Translations under genes and position numbers: made by a program | From: Octopus vulgaris | Taxonomy: Eukaryota | Length of the DNA stretch: 64,000 bases | Direction of reading: 5' to 3' | Assembly: GCA_951406725.2 (NCBI GenBank) | Contig: OX597814.1 | Coordinates: 105,338,001 to 105,402,000 of the forward strand | In this document: piece after piece, positions 1 through 12,027 of the stretch | Layout: each line of letters starts with the position of its first letter | How positions within the stretch are numbered: position 1 is the stretch's first letter | Notes under the pieces: generated by a model | Seen by the model: the letters and a program-made list of their open reading frames with translations, nothing else | Told to the model about the DNA's origin: nothing | Database searches by the model: none

Positions 1-587
1 ACACACACACACATATATATATATATGTATACATATAAATACATACTTATCTATCCATTCATTTATATATGATTATATAGCCATATATCTATATATACAT
101 ACACCCACACACAAATAATTATATTCAAACGCGCCCATATATACATCCACATATATACACATGGCTATATAAGCGTTATGGCTAAATAAAGTGGTTGTGT
201 ATTGTTATGCTGTGTGGCCTATATAATATATATATATGCCTGAGTATCTCGACGCTACTTGAGTATAATTCGTAGCTAACGATGCTTATCATTTGCATCG
301 TTTAGTGTTTTCATAAGGTTAATAGAATCTTCTTGAATACTATAACCGCATAGCTTCTGAAGAAGATCATCGAGGAAGAGGCGGGTGGGTGGTAGCAGCC
401 ATAGTCGGAACTAATTGAAAATTGTTAATGGCAAATTGTAAATATCTAATGTTGAATAACGAATTTGTCGAAGACCGAGTGGAGTGAGTACCTTACTGCT
501 GACCATCGTTCAACGAACCAGAATTTCCACCGACTAAAAATATTTCTTACTCAAAGACAAAGTACCCGAATTATGGCTTTATACGTA

Positions 588-964
588 CAGTTGCGTCAGA
601 AATTAATTAGCACTTCTCAAATTTCTACATTAAATAGGTTAAATCAATTAACCTATGAGCTGTTCAAAACGTCTTACGCGATGAGAAAACTTAGTATGGT
701 GTGATTTCGGTCCTTGCGAGGCGCTACCTATATCTATTAAACAAAGGAAGATTTGTCTGCATCCGCACTCCAATTTGTTGCACTGCTATGCCAACATCAT
801 AAGGCTGTAGACTCTCAAACTGCTCTGCAAACAAAGTTACGTCATCGTTCTGCGCAACAGTGAACTCGCAACAAAGCAATAGTTCGAGATATGGCCACTA
901 GGTGACAGCACATACCTTGAGTGAAGAGCAAATCAAGGGTGCTAATTAATTTCTGACGGTAGTG
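588..964. mobile_element. Tc1/mariner-type MITE (non-autonomous DNA transposon)
   Basis: 26-bp TIRs, CAGTTGCGTCAGAAATTAATTAGCAC (588-613) and GTGCTAATTAATTTCTGACGGTAGTG (939-964), flanked by TA on both sides. Confidence 0.8.
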
Positions 965-1294
965 TATATGGGTACAAGAATTACGTAAACTTAAAGACAT
1001 AGACACACAGACGAAACACGTAGGATTACAGTCAAACGAACACAGAGACACACAAATACACGAACACACAGACACACAGATGCAATCACAATGGAATGGT
1101 CAAAGAAGGAAAGCTTGTGCCAGTGACCATTTTCAGTTGCATCTCTGACGGTTGGTTGAAGTAAGAGGTAGACATTCTCAGATCTGTGACCTGATTCCAA
1201 TGCTTGCAACAGACCATATTCTGTTAAAGGCACCCAAATACCAGGTAGTGGTGCTAAACGGTGCCAAACACTCGGTGACTTACGAGGTCTATGT

Positions 1295-1666
1295 ACAGAA
1301 GGTGAACATCGCAATATCAGTTTCTGGGGTCCACTTTGCCTTTCATCCTTTTGGGTCGATAAAATAAGTACCAGTTAAACACTTGGGCCGATGTAATCAA
1401 TTTGCACCCAACCCAGAAATTGCTGGCCTTGTGCCAAAATCTTAAATCAATATTTTATTATTATAAGGCAGCGAGCTGCCAGAATCGGTAGCGCGCCAGG
1501 CAAAATGCGTCGCAGAATTTTGTCCGTCTTTAGTTTTTGAGGGCGACTTTTCCTTTCATCCTTTCTGGGTCGATAAGACAAGTACCAGTAATACACTGGG
1601 GTCAATTCAATCGGTTTACCCTCTTCCTCAAAGTTGCTGGCCTTGTATCAAAATTTGAGACCAATA
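1295..1666 (+). mobile_element. Two tandem degenerate copies of tRNA-derived SINE family B (partial ~1295-1452; ~1467-1666)
   Basis: Share GGCGGCGAGCTGGCAGAA head, ACTTTGCCTTTCATCCTTT.GGGTCGATAAAATAAGTACCAG core and GGCCTTGTGCCAAAATTTGA tail with the better copies at 39446 and 40250. Confidence 0.75.
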
Positions 1667-1935
1667 TTTATATCTATCATCCAGTTCTGGCTTAATTTTT
1701 CTAATACTGCATTTGTATAAACCAAGTTTTAAAATATTTCTGATGACGTCAACAAACTGATAAAGAGTAAGTCATAAGACCCACCGATAGATATTCCTCA
1801 CAAAACTAGAGAGTTATTCTTTGCAGGGAGACAATTATTTTTTCAACACAAAAACGACTCCCAAAGATAAATGTGAATCATTCGAGATTTTACAAAGTTT
1901 ATTTACTCCAAGAATCTTAAACTAAATACATCAAA

Positions 1936-2351
1936 GGCGTAGGAGTGGCTGTGTGGTAAGTAGCTTGCTTACTAACCACATGGTGCCGGGTTCAGTCCCA
2001 CTGCATGGCACCTTGGGCAAGTGTCTTCTACTATAGCCTCGGGCCGACCAAAGCCTTGTGAGTGGATTTGGTAGACGGAAACTGAAAGAAGCCTGTCGTA
2101 TATATGTATATATATATGTGTGCGTGTGTGTGTTTGCGTGTCCGTGTTTGTCCCCCACCCCCACCTCCAACATCGCCTGACAACCGATGCTGGTGTGTTT
2201 ACGTCCCTGTAACGTAGCGGTTCGGCAAAAAAGACCGATTGAATAAGTACTAGGCTTACAAAGAATAAGTCCTGGGATCGATGTGCTCGACTAAAGGCGG
2301 TGCTCCAGCATAGCCACAATCACATGACTGAAACAAGTAAAGAGTAAAGAG
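1936..2351 (+). mobile_element. Full-length tRNA-derived SINE family A with internal (TA)/(TG) microsatellite
   Basis: A-box-like TGGCTGTGTGG, B-box-like GGTTCAGTCCC, CACCTTGGGCAAGTGTCT core, GGATTTGGTAGACGGAAACTGAAAGAAGCC, and 3' GGCGGTGCTCCAGCAT...GACTGAAACAAGTAAAGAG. More than 10 related copies or fragments in the window. Confidence 0.85.
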
Positions 2352-2388
2352 AATGAAATTAAAAAATGATCAAACTATTTGCCAGTAT

Positions 2389-2462
<74 letters not shown>

Positions 2463-3140
2463 GGTCCATAGCGCTAGTTATTGTAGCTGATATCTCGTAA
2501 ACTTATAATGAATTCGATCATCTATAAATGGCACCAGGAATCTCATTCTGTGGCGCTAATATGGTACTTGTTATATGGAACAAGTGCGACATCATGGGCA
2601 CACGCATAGTCGAACGGTTAAAAGTTTTGTTCGGTGATTCTGTTCCAGCGTTTTCTACGATTGCTTCGAATTGACCAAAGTTTTGAAAGTGAAAATTGGT
2701 AAATGGAAACTATATAAAAGCCCTTGGGGGAGATTTTTCTTGTCTGTGGGCGATACATCTAATCTTTTTTTCCCTCCGTTTAGCACCACTGTCTGGTCTT
2801 TGGGTGCCTTTAAAAGAATATGGTCCGTTGCAAACATTGGAATCGGGTCACAGACCTGAGAATGACTACCTTTCACTTCCACCACCCGTCAGAGATGCAC
2901 TGAAAATGGTCACTGGCACAAGCTTTCCTTCTTTGACCATCCCATTGAAAATATATCATCTCATAAAATTCCGTCCCTACCATATTATTCAGCGTCTTTA
3001 AACGAGAAACACTTCAGTAGATAAAACTGAAAAAAATTTGAAATGTTTCTTAAAAAGAAATTTTCTTTCGAAATTAGAAATATTGCATTTCTAAATGTCT
3101 CAGAGAGACTTTGACAGTACCAGTACGATAAAGTGATGGT

Positions 3141-3469
3141 ATGTTGCCAACTTAATATGGCAGTCCCAGGAAAGGGAAGAATGTTACTGCTATTTCGAAT
3201 TTATTTCACTTGAAATTCTATAAGTTTTCGAAGGCGAATAAGCATCGACAGCTAGCAAGCCAAGCTACTCCAGACAGACGAAGAGCAATGACTCTGAAAC
3301 TAGTCTCTGGCTGCTGGCTTTGCTGGGTGGAGGTGCTTGTCTCCCCTGTTTGAAAACGTAAGGACACAGGCCGCTTGCGTCACAGAGCCAACTGGAAACG
3401 GTGTTCCTGGGGCTAAATAACAGTGGCATTCTTCCCTTTCCTGGGACAGCCACATTAAGTTGGCAACAC
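3141..3469 (+). mobile_element. Penelope-like terminal repeat remnant with outward-facing inverted 3' end
   Basis: 3141-3195 is the reverse complement of 3415-3469, and a hammerhead fold lies between them. Confidence 0.65.
3270..3310 (+). ncRNA. Type I hammerhead ribozyme motif (U4A core variant)
   Basis: Stem I CCAGA/TCTGG; core CAGACGA; stem II AGAG-caatga-CTCT; GAAA; palindromic stem III CTAG; cleavage triplet GTC. Stem I extends further (agcaagccaagc / gctggctttgct). Confidence 0.7.
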
Positions 3470-4324
3470 ACTATTACTTTAATTTTCTTTCGTGCAAACA
3501 GAAATTTTAATAACTGTTACTCCGTCAGTTTAGGCCGACGAATGTTCCAGCTGAACCGATCAACCGAAAAGTCTGCTCGTAAAATTCACATGCAAGTGAC
3601 TGAGTATTCCTAAGAAAAGCCGATCTCACTTGACTTCTTTCCCTTTTACGCTAAAACCTCTCTGTTTATGTACTTTTAATACGTGACACATTCCAAATAA
3701 TTCTGAATATTCCATAACAATACCACTTCCCAAAATACTCCATATTAACACCAATAGTATTCTCCCAGTTTCGTCTTGACTTATTAATAACGAACTTTAT
3801 TGAAATGACTAAAGAATGGACTAATACGTGGGGTGGTTTAAGGGAAAGTGTTTCCTCAATTATTGCTCGTGGGACGGTGTTTACTGAATACAAAAAAATA
3901 TATTGAACTGATTTCTTTAGAATAGAAAATTACTGAAGAATTCAATGGAAAATTTCTTGAGAAATCCTGATATTTCGTCGATTAGATCGATGCTTGTAAA
4001 TTTATTGCTTCTTCTGTTACCTGTCTCCACTAATGGCACCCACGGACCAAATGGTAATGGCGGTAACGGTGGCGGTGGTGTCCAGGGGGATGGCGGGGGA
4101 TGCAATGACGGTGGTGGTACATGTGGCAGAGTTGGTCGTGGTAATTGTGGCGATGGTGATGATGGTAATGATGGTGATGATGTTAGCGGTAATGATGGCG
4201 AGGGTAGAGATGGTGGTGGTGGTGGTTACGGTGGTAAATCTGACGACGATTTATATCTCTTATCCAATAATAAACATCCACTCCAATACTGGATTCCACA
4301 CTCTTTCCGTCTACCAAATATCCT

Positions 4325-4571
4325 CCAGTCTTCATCAGGTGTCTTGGGGAAATTTCGAACCTGGGTTCTCATTCCTAAGGTGGTGGTGTGGGTGTTGTTG
4401 GTGTTGGTGCCGTTGTTGGTGTTGGTGTTGGTGGTGTTGTTGTTGATGTTGGTGTTGTTGTTGTCGTTGTTGGTGTTGGTGTTGTTGGTGTTCAGGTCAC
4501 TGCCTGGAATCAAATTCAGAGTCTTGGAGATAGTAACCCGCGTTCTTAACCACTACGCCATATGCCCGTGG
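4325..4571 (-). mobile_element. PLE pLTR-like unit: tRNA-like head, (CAA/CAC)n spacer, 5' half of hammerhead
   Basis: Minus strand reads CACGGGCATATGGCGTAGTGGTTAAGAACGC...CCAGGCAGTGACCTG-(caa/cac)n-CCTTAGGAATGAGAACCCAGGTTCGAAATTTCCCCAAGACAC CTGATGA AGACTGG. Inverted copy of 4727-5070. Confidence 0.75.
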
Positions 4572-4596
4572 GCAATTACGGAGTGAATTTTAGGGC

Positions 4597-4728
4597 TTAT
4601 AAATCTAATATTTTCCTATCGTTCCTTAATACCGGTTCCCATATGCTACTCATATCTGCACTTGGTCTGCTTAGGAGGTTGTTGTGTCCTAACATATGTG
4701 CTGCTTCTTTTAATTTTCGTATTTTCCA
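4597..4728 (-). pseudogene. C-terminal fragment of a Penelope-like GIY-YIG endonuclease ORF
   Basis: Translates WKIRKLKEAAHMLGHNNLLSRPSADMSSIWEPVLRNDRKILDL*, resembling the R-x-x-K-E-A...N/S-R...W end of PLE GIY-YIG domains. Followed on the same strand by the pLTR-like unit. Confidence 0.55.
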
Positions 4729-4816
4729 CGGGCATATGGCGTAGTGATTAAGAGCGCGGGCTACTAACCCCAAGATTCCGAGTTCGATTCCAGGCAGTGA
4801 CCTGAATAATAATAAC

Positions 4817-4881
<65 letters not shown>

Positions 4882-5070
4882 CAACAACATTGAAAAATAC
4901 CTTAGGAATGAGAACCTAGGTTCGAAATTTCCCCAAGACACCTGATGTAGGCTAGAGGGTATACCAGCCGAAACGTTGTGTTAACAACAAACAAAATGAG
5001 GACAAATATCTGTCAAATGTAAATTATGTAAATAATGTACAAAATTCCTCATCTCTCAAATATAGAACTA
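4727..5070 (+). mobile_element. PLE pLTR-like unit: tRNA-derived Pol III head, (AAT)n spacer, hammerhead, 3' tail
   Basis: A box TGGCGTAGTGA (4737-4747), B box GAGTTCGATTCC (4780-4791), (AAT)n at ~4805-4889, hammerhead at 4937-4982. Confidence 0.8.
4937..4982 (+). ncRNA. Minimal type I hammerhead ribozyme motif (PLE type; A9T in this copy)
   Basis: Stem I GACAC/GTGTT; CTGATGT-A (CTGATGA-A in the inverted sister copy); stem II GGCT...AGCC; GAAA-CG-TT minimal stem III and cleavage site. Confidence 0.75.
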
Positions 5071-5456
5071 CAATTGTTTGTCCCCAAAGATTGGATTCCT
5101 TGGATTCGAGTGAGCCACATTCTTTGAGATGTGTGGCACTTAATATTGATTCTCCATCAAACATAACATGAACTCTTGTTAAGTCTCGCAATTCTAAAAC
5201 AAAATTTGAGGTTTGAAAAAAAAAATCATTGTGAGAGGTTTCCATCTTTTCAAACGATAAATAAAGAGGAAACCATTAAAAGTAATGGCGACAGGAGTGA
5301 AAGGGAAAAGAATAATGGCATCTGGGGAAGTTATGGCCTACATTGGTAGATAAAACGAAAGGTTAGCTTGTGTCTGAAAAAGTCGGGATGGTCTCAGCTG
5401 GAACGTCTTTGAGCATAAATCTAATCAATCAACACTGAACAAGAGCAATAACAAAA

Positions 5457-5517
<61 letters not shown>

Positions 5518-5524
5518 TTCTTGT

Positions 5525-5565
<41 letters not shown>

Positions 5566-5639
5566 TTATTATTACTGCTTCATAATACACCCTAATTTCA
5601 GTAACCTTAGCCACCGTTTCGCATCTCTTTCCTAACCTA

Positions 5640-6200
5640 ACTTCCTTTTTATTTCAATCCCACACGGTAGAATCCGGAAACTTCCAGTTCATTGTATTTT
5701 ACCTTCGGCACCAGATTCACACTTACAACCCACCCAAATCTTTCCCCTGCTCCCACCCATGCTGTCACACTCTCCCCATTCCTCGCTGGACCCAACAATC
5801 ACTTCTTCCACATCAAAGACTCTTTCAGCTACATTCTTCAAAAATATATAATTCATTCAGTCACAAGTACTTTTTGGATGTTCGTACATTCACAAACAGC
5901 AGAAGAATTGACGACCAATTTCGAAAACACCTTCAAGAGATCAAACGACCGATTCTTCTAATATTCTTATATGGCCTTACGGTATAGAAGATAAGCTTAG
6001 AATATTATGTCATTATTTTATTGCATACGGCAATCTGTGTTATGCAGATCACACGCCATAGCAACGCAGCAATTTCAATTTTCTCGTGTACGTGAATCCC
6101 TTGCTTGTCATTTCCAAAAGAAACAAAATTTCATTTTAGCTCTTGGAACATTCACACTACTCGGCCTCAAATCTCCGACGCACTCCCTTTAATCTCTTTC
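5640..6200 (+). pseudogene. Heavily decayed Penelope-like GIY-YIG fragment
   Basis: Frame pieces LAGPNNHFFHIKDSFS, SRRIDDQFRKHLQEIK and KQNFILALGTFTLLGLK match the PLE pattern GP...F.I..SFTC...R...RF.EH...LIF.LGT..P.GLN. Several frameshifts. Confidence 0.5.
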
Positions 6201-6966
6201 CCTATTTCTTTCCCTAAACACATAATACTACCACCACAATTCTATAACATAAAGCAAACCCAACCACGTCCTTCACACCAAACATTCTCACCATGCACTC
6301 TTGCCATAAAGGAAATAAGCACAGTCATATACAACGTGTTTGCATGTGTGTGTGTGTGTGTGTGTATGCGTGCTTAAGAATTGTTAGCATGCTGAGCCTT
6401 TCCTCACTTTAAAAAAATCTTGCACAAGCATTGCACAATAACAACATTGATTAATCTTCGTGCAATGGCCATACTCGATAACGAGGGGGCAGCCACCATG
6501 TATATATATGTGAAGATTTGTATGTTTTGTTTTATTATATCTTTGCATATTTAGATATGTTCATATATATTTCAATGATAAACTTCTGGCAAGTTTTACA
6601 GATTTTTACAGGTCCAGTGATGGCTTGGATCCGTAGTCTTCGAATCAGCTTTCTCTGTTTTGGTTTTGAGAAACCTAATCTCTGGAGATTGATATTTAGG
6701 CAGTGCGTTGTATATAATTACAGGTATAAACCTGAACTTGTAATCAAGATAGAGTATGTGTATAGTTCAGCGTAGATTTTTCTTTTTCACTGGTCTTTAT
6801 GCATGTATGTATGTATGTATGTATGTATGTACATTATTTGTAGGTTAACAAGGCAAGTAATGGCTTCCTATGATAAGATCTTCAATATTTCAAGCGCGCC
6901 ACATTGATGTGTTGGTACGCGTCCCAATTTTGGATGAGTGCGGAGGATATTACCGTGAATATATAT

Positions 6967-7184
6967 AAGTACGTACGTACGTGCGTGTGTGCATGCATGC
7001 ATGCATACGCACGCACATACATACATACATACATGCATGCATGCATGCGTGCATGCATGCAAGCATGCATACATACATACATACATACATACATACATAC
7101 ATACATACATACATACATACATACATACATACATACATACATACATACATACATACATACAAACAAACAAACAAACAAACAAAC
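6967..7184 (+). repeat. (GCAT)n/(ACAT)n/(AAAC)n compound microsatellite
   Basis: Read directly; source of the HTYI and MYVC ORFs. Confidence 0.95.
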
Positions 7185-7280
7185 AGGGAAATGATTTTAT
7201 TCTCAAACGTAGGATAATGCTAATAATATAGCATGAACAGGATAAACTATCCATATTTTGCAGAAAAATCTGTCGGCAAT

Positions 7281-7352
7281 CAGCCATGAGACTCGAACTC
7301 ACATCCCTGCCATTACACGTCCAAGTGATTTACCATTAAGCTAAACTGCCCA
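7281..7352 (-). pseudogene. tRNA-like sequence (SINE head or tRNA pseudogene, possibly Thr-TGT derived)
   Basis: Minus strand GGGCAGTTTAGCTTAATGGTAAATCAC...GTGTAA...GTGAGTTCGAGTCTCA has A and B boxes; stems are degenerate. Confidence 0.5.
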
Positions 7353-7396
7353 ACGACAAAAAATTCTTCTGCAATTTGAGAATAGATAAATAAGGC

Positions 7397-7463
7397 GTGT
7401 ATATATATATATATGTGTGTGTGTATGTGTGTGTGTGTGTGTGTGTTTGTGTGTGTGTATACA

Positions 7464-7527
<64 letters not shown>

Positions 7528-7545
7528 CATATATATATATATATG

Positions 7546-7578
<33 letters not shown>

Positions 7579-7630
7579 GCATACATATATATTCCTGAAT
7601 GCTCACAAACACATATCTATACTTATATAC

Positions 7631-7715
<85 letters not shown>

Positions 7716-7755
7716 TGTATGTATGTATGTATGTGTGTGTGTATGTATGTACATA
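7397..7755 (+). repeat. (TA)n/(TG)n/(TATG)n compound microsatellite
   Basis: Read directly. Similar blocks at ~11830-12025, 13680-13760, 14450-14920, 16200-16850, 33780-35100, 36610-36810, 37315-37500, 47900-48210, 51500-51785 and 52160-52445. Confidence 0.95.
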
Positions 7756-8229
7756 TAAGCACACACACCCATACATGCATACAAATATATTCATGACCGC
7801 TCACAAACAGGCACATACAATGGAGATGTTACAATTAAACCATCTTCGGTCACAACAAAAGCAAGCGAGGATTTGCTTTACTTTTCCGAAATATTGACTT
7901 CTTAAAAATGCTGAATTTTACCTTTTATGAAACTTTATTAATTTCTCTAATTAAAACAACACAAAAGACACAAACAGTAACACACACGCATACATACACA
8001 TCTTTGATTTCCGTGTCACACGCTCCCATACACACGCACATAGAGTCACACAACCACACACCCCGCCATTAGACACGGACTGGCGCATGCGTATATACAC
8101 ACATGCACACATCTCTTACTTTTTCTCCATCTCACAATCTCTCGTATGTGTAGATATATACACCCACACTCACATACACACACACATGTATATTTATTAT
8201 ACTTGTGTTTGAGGGAGAGAGACAGAGAG

Positions 8230-8306
<77 letters not shown>

Positions 8307-9018
8307 TGTGCGTGAGTGTGTGTGTGTTCTACACTATCAGGCGAGTAAAAATGCCATCATAGCCACATATTTCTTCTATGTGTCTGTTACTCGCTGATAG
8401 ACAACGTTTACAATTCATTCTTTACAGAAGTAACAAAAATGCAAGAAGCCAACTGTTACACAATAAAACTCTGCTTGATCAGATAAATTGAAATCAACAC
8501 CAAATAATGTATTTGTTTCCCCAGCTGCACTCTTTAATAAAAGAAACAGTATTTGCTATCGTTAACAACAGACGATACGATGAAATGGTGATGAACGTTG
8601 CTATCAATTGCTGTATTATGACACAGCATTCAAATTGTTTGCCTGTGGACAATTTGATTTTCATTTTCGATTGTCCCGTCATGACAATTTGCCGTCAAAC
8701 ACACTGAATTAGATTTTACTATTCATCGATTTCTGAAAATACCCACGGGGATGTCGATATGAAATTCAACTTAATAGATCTATTGTAATCACAGCTGGTT
8801 CAAATCAGGATTAAATCTATAGATTGGAAATATAAAATAAATAAATATATATATATGCAGAGTAATATAGTAGCATAATCAGAGATGCTGAGGAGAATAC
8901 GAAATGAGAAACTTCGCGGAAACACATTTCGTTATAATGGCGCAAACTCGTGATCAGATTAAGGCCTCGGTGAACACAAACAAATATATATTATTGCAGG
9001 GGATGTTGAATGTAGCTA

Positions 9019-9108
9019 GCGAAGAAGGGAGAGAGGGCGAAGAAGGGAGAGAGGGCGAAGAAGGGAGAGAGGGCGAAGAAGGGAGAGAGGGCGAAGAAGG
9101 GAGAGAGG
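9019..9108 (+). repeat. 18-bp minisatellite (GCGAAGAAGGGAGAGAGG) x5
   Basis: Five perfect tandem units. Confidence 0.95.
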
Positions 9109-10024
9109 ACGGCGACAATAATTATGATGATTAAAATAAACAAGAATAAAAACAACGATAAGAATAGTGCTATTAATGGATATATACAGACATACAAAGG
9201 CAATGCAGGAGAAAGAATATTTTAAATTAATCACAAATATAAGAGTGTCCTTCCACAGTTATTAAAAGTTAATCATTCGTAAATTTACAAAAAAAAACTT
9301 GAGATCTTTCACTAAAAGCAGTTTGTTTTATTTAGTCTACTAAAATAGAAATAATCAACAATATGGGGTATGATATCTACGTCTATCTGGTACGTCCATT
9401 GTATGTAATGAAAAAGAAAGCAAGTTCATATTTTATTCCAGCCAATGACTATAAATGGAGGTCGTCAAAGAAATTAAATTGACGGGAAATGATTTCCTTT
9501 CTGCTTCCAAGTCTCTACTCGTCGGTGACAGAGTTATCTCCCATGTGAGCTCTAACCATTACTCAAGCACTTATGAGCCATAAACAGGGTTGGAGGAGGA
9601 AGAGTGTTTCATGTCCTTCAGAGAGTTAATCGAAATAAATATTAAAATTTAAATTTAAATAAATATTAGACGTTAGGCTCGTAATTACTCCCTGAAGAAA
9701 ACAACAGAGATCTGCGTACATTGCGCGGGTTTACATGTAGATGTTAGACTATGTATGTATGTATATATATATGTATGTATGTATGTGGGTGGAATGGTAT
9801 GTGTGCATATATATATATATATGTGTGTGTGAGTGTGTGTGTAAATAAATGTTTATTTATTAGATATATATTGGTATGTATGTGTATACTATATGAGTGT
9901 ATTTTGCACAGACATACACACGCACACGCACACACACACACGCACACACACACACATGTATATGTATGTATAAAATATATATTATATATATAAACACACG
10001 CACGCACACACACACATACACACA

Positions 10025-10221
10025 CGAGAAAGTGCTGAAAAGTTCCTGGCTTTGGGTAAAGGAAATACAGGAGGATCAGTTAATCATGATTGTATTCAAC
10101 ACATTCCCCTCTCAGATTCACATACTTCTTGCAATTTTTCTAAGCCATGTAAATGAACTCGGAAGGTTGGACCACCAACTAGGGCTTTTGCAGTTCCCTT
10201 AAAGCCAGGAACTTTTTAGCA
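10025..10221. mobile_element. mariner-derived MITE or internal deletion derivative
   Basis: TIR TGCTGAAAAGTTCCTGGCTTT / AAAGCCAGGAACTTTTTAGCA. The interior minus strand encodes a mariner-like C-terminus (VNLRGECVEY). Confidence 0.7.
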
Positions 10222-10389
10222 TACATATAATGGACTCTTCCGTCGAAGACGACGTATGAGCGTTTAGCTCTTTTGCCGAACGACCCTGCAACACAAAGGG
10301 TTTGTTTCTAGCGATCAGATGCATGTGCCGTACATTAGCTTACTCTCGCTCCATCAGGTCGACGTTGTCTGAAGAGGTGCCCAATGTAC

Positions 10390-10557
10390 CACCACTACCT
10401 TTCAATTAGTAGCCCTTGTGTTCCACTACTTCTTAATTAATAACTCTTGTATCCCACTACCTCCCAATTAATAACCCTTTTATCTCCTACCTCCCAATTA
10501 ATAACCCTTGCGTCCCATTACTCCTAATTGGTAACCCTTGTATCCTGCTACCTCCCA
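10390..10557 (+). repeat. Degenerate ~28-30-bp minisatellite (CCACTACCTCCCAATTAATAACCCTTGTAT), about 5-6 units
   Basis: CTACCTCCCAATTAATAACCCTT motif recurs at ~30-bp spacing. Confidence 0.85.
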
Positions 10558-11834
10558 AAAAGAATACATTTTTCAGAATTAAAATCCAGGAGTTCAAATG
10601 TTTATTTTACCAAGCATAAATATATTATCGGATGACAATTTGCCTCTCCGCCAAATGAATAATTTAGATTGTAATTTGAGAAACTTCATAATATTTTAAA
10701 TAAATTTAATCAATAAACATACAGTTAATTAAAATCTAAAATGTGTATTTTATGGCGTAATTAATATAAATACATAAAAATCACAGTTATTTTAATTACA
10801 TTAATGATAAAATAAAAACGAAGTTATCGCTCACTCTGTGATGTTACTAAAATAATATTTATTCCCCAAAGAATCAGTTAATTCATATCGGAAAATTTCA
10901 TTAGATGAAAAACATTCTCAATCACCATTGTACTTAACAATTCTGAGGTATGCCGTAATGTATTTTGATTAAATTTATTAATTAGTAATTAATGTCTAAT
11001 TGTAAAAAAAGCGTTTCGCACTTACAATAATGCTATTGAGAATACATGCAACATCAAGATATCACTTGTGGTATTTAGTGTTAAAAAGGTGCTTAATAAT
11101 AAAATGATTCTCTCAGACATAAAACTCATTATTATCTTGTTAATTACTCGAGTGATAATATTTTATTGTCTTACGGTAAAGGTGAGCTTTGAATATTATG
11201 TCATTATTTTATTCCACACTTCAGAGAAAAACGTAACATATTTTGTCTCGTAATCTAACATTTCTGTTATCTCATCCTCTCCATCTTGGTTTGGGACCAT
11301 CCTGCTGCCAGAAATAGCAGCCAAATCTATCTCAAATTTTAGGATAAATTTAAGGTAGGAACGATTCATTAGATAAGGTCGTGTAAGAAGATATGTTGGA
11401 CATGGTTGGAATATTTTTGATGCAAATGTTTGCTGAATCAAGCCCCACCAGAGAATAAACAATTGTAGCCACATAACACACATTAATTAGTGGAAAGGCA
11501 ATAATTGACTCGATATTTTAATACTAGTTACTTTGATTCCTTAACTGATTGAATAGAATGAATAAATATTCGAATAGATCAATGAATAAAAAATTAATAA
11601 TTTAAATAACTAAAACAAAATGTAAAGCTTTAAATTAAATCTGTTTGGAAAGAGAAATTTCTCTTGGTGTGTATGTAGGTTCACATTGTTGAGCGTAAGA
11701 TTTCCCTCCCTCCTGTTGAGTGACACACACACGGAAATGCTCAGAATATCGGTTTTATGCCTCAAATAGCGATCATTAACGCTGATGTGGTATATAGTCA
11801 CATTCTAGCAAATAGGTGGGTGTCTGAGTGTGTG

Positions 11835-11865
<31 letters not shown>

Positions 11866-11875
11866 ATATATATAA

Positions 11876-11957
<82 letters not shown>

Positions 11958-11987
11958 GTATGTATATATATATATGTATGTATATAA

Positions 11988-12027
<40 letters not shown>

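Larger units (their letters stand above)
1089..2947. repeat. Pair of ~172-bp inverted repeats (1089-1261 and 2776-2947), unclassified
   Basis: CAATGGAATGGTCAAAGAAGGAAAGCTTGTGCCAGTGACCATTTTCAG... at 1089 reappears reverse-complemented ending at 2947. ORFs 1152..1367(+) and 2655..2885(-) translate to near-identical peptides for this reason. Confidence 0.85.

Noticed and set aside
1738-1770. CTGATGA (also CTGAAGA near 10369, 19105 and 30424) as hammerheads
   Set aside because: No properly placed stem II plus GAAA and UH downstream.
3945-4586. 213-aa ORF with signal-like, Gly-rich and hydrophobic segments
   Set aside because: Built from degenerate (GGT)n/(GTT)n repeats and the antisense strand of the tRNA-hammerhead unit.
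4730-4802. Functional tRNA gene (also 7281-7352, 31797 and 35253)
   Set aside because: Acceptor, anticodon and T stems are mismatched and each continues into a repeat body; treated as SINE-type heads.
8904-9134. EEGREG-repeat peptide
   Set aside because: Product of the 18-bp minisatellite only.
9019-10557. Tandem arrays considered as CRISPR-like
   Set aside because: Head-to-tail units with no unique spacers, no cas genes, eukaryotic context.
11196-11483. Minus-strand ORF beginning with a signal-peptide-like MWLQLFILWWGLIQQTFA
   Set aside because: Overlaps an old dispersed repeat (CATTCCA.C.ATG.CC and GATTTGGCTGCTATTTCT motifs, also near 5390, 43400-43790 and 53290); no good splice donor.
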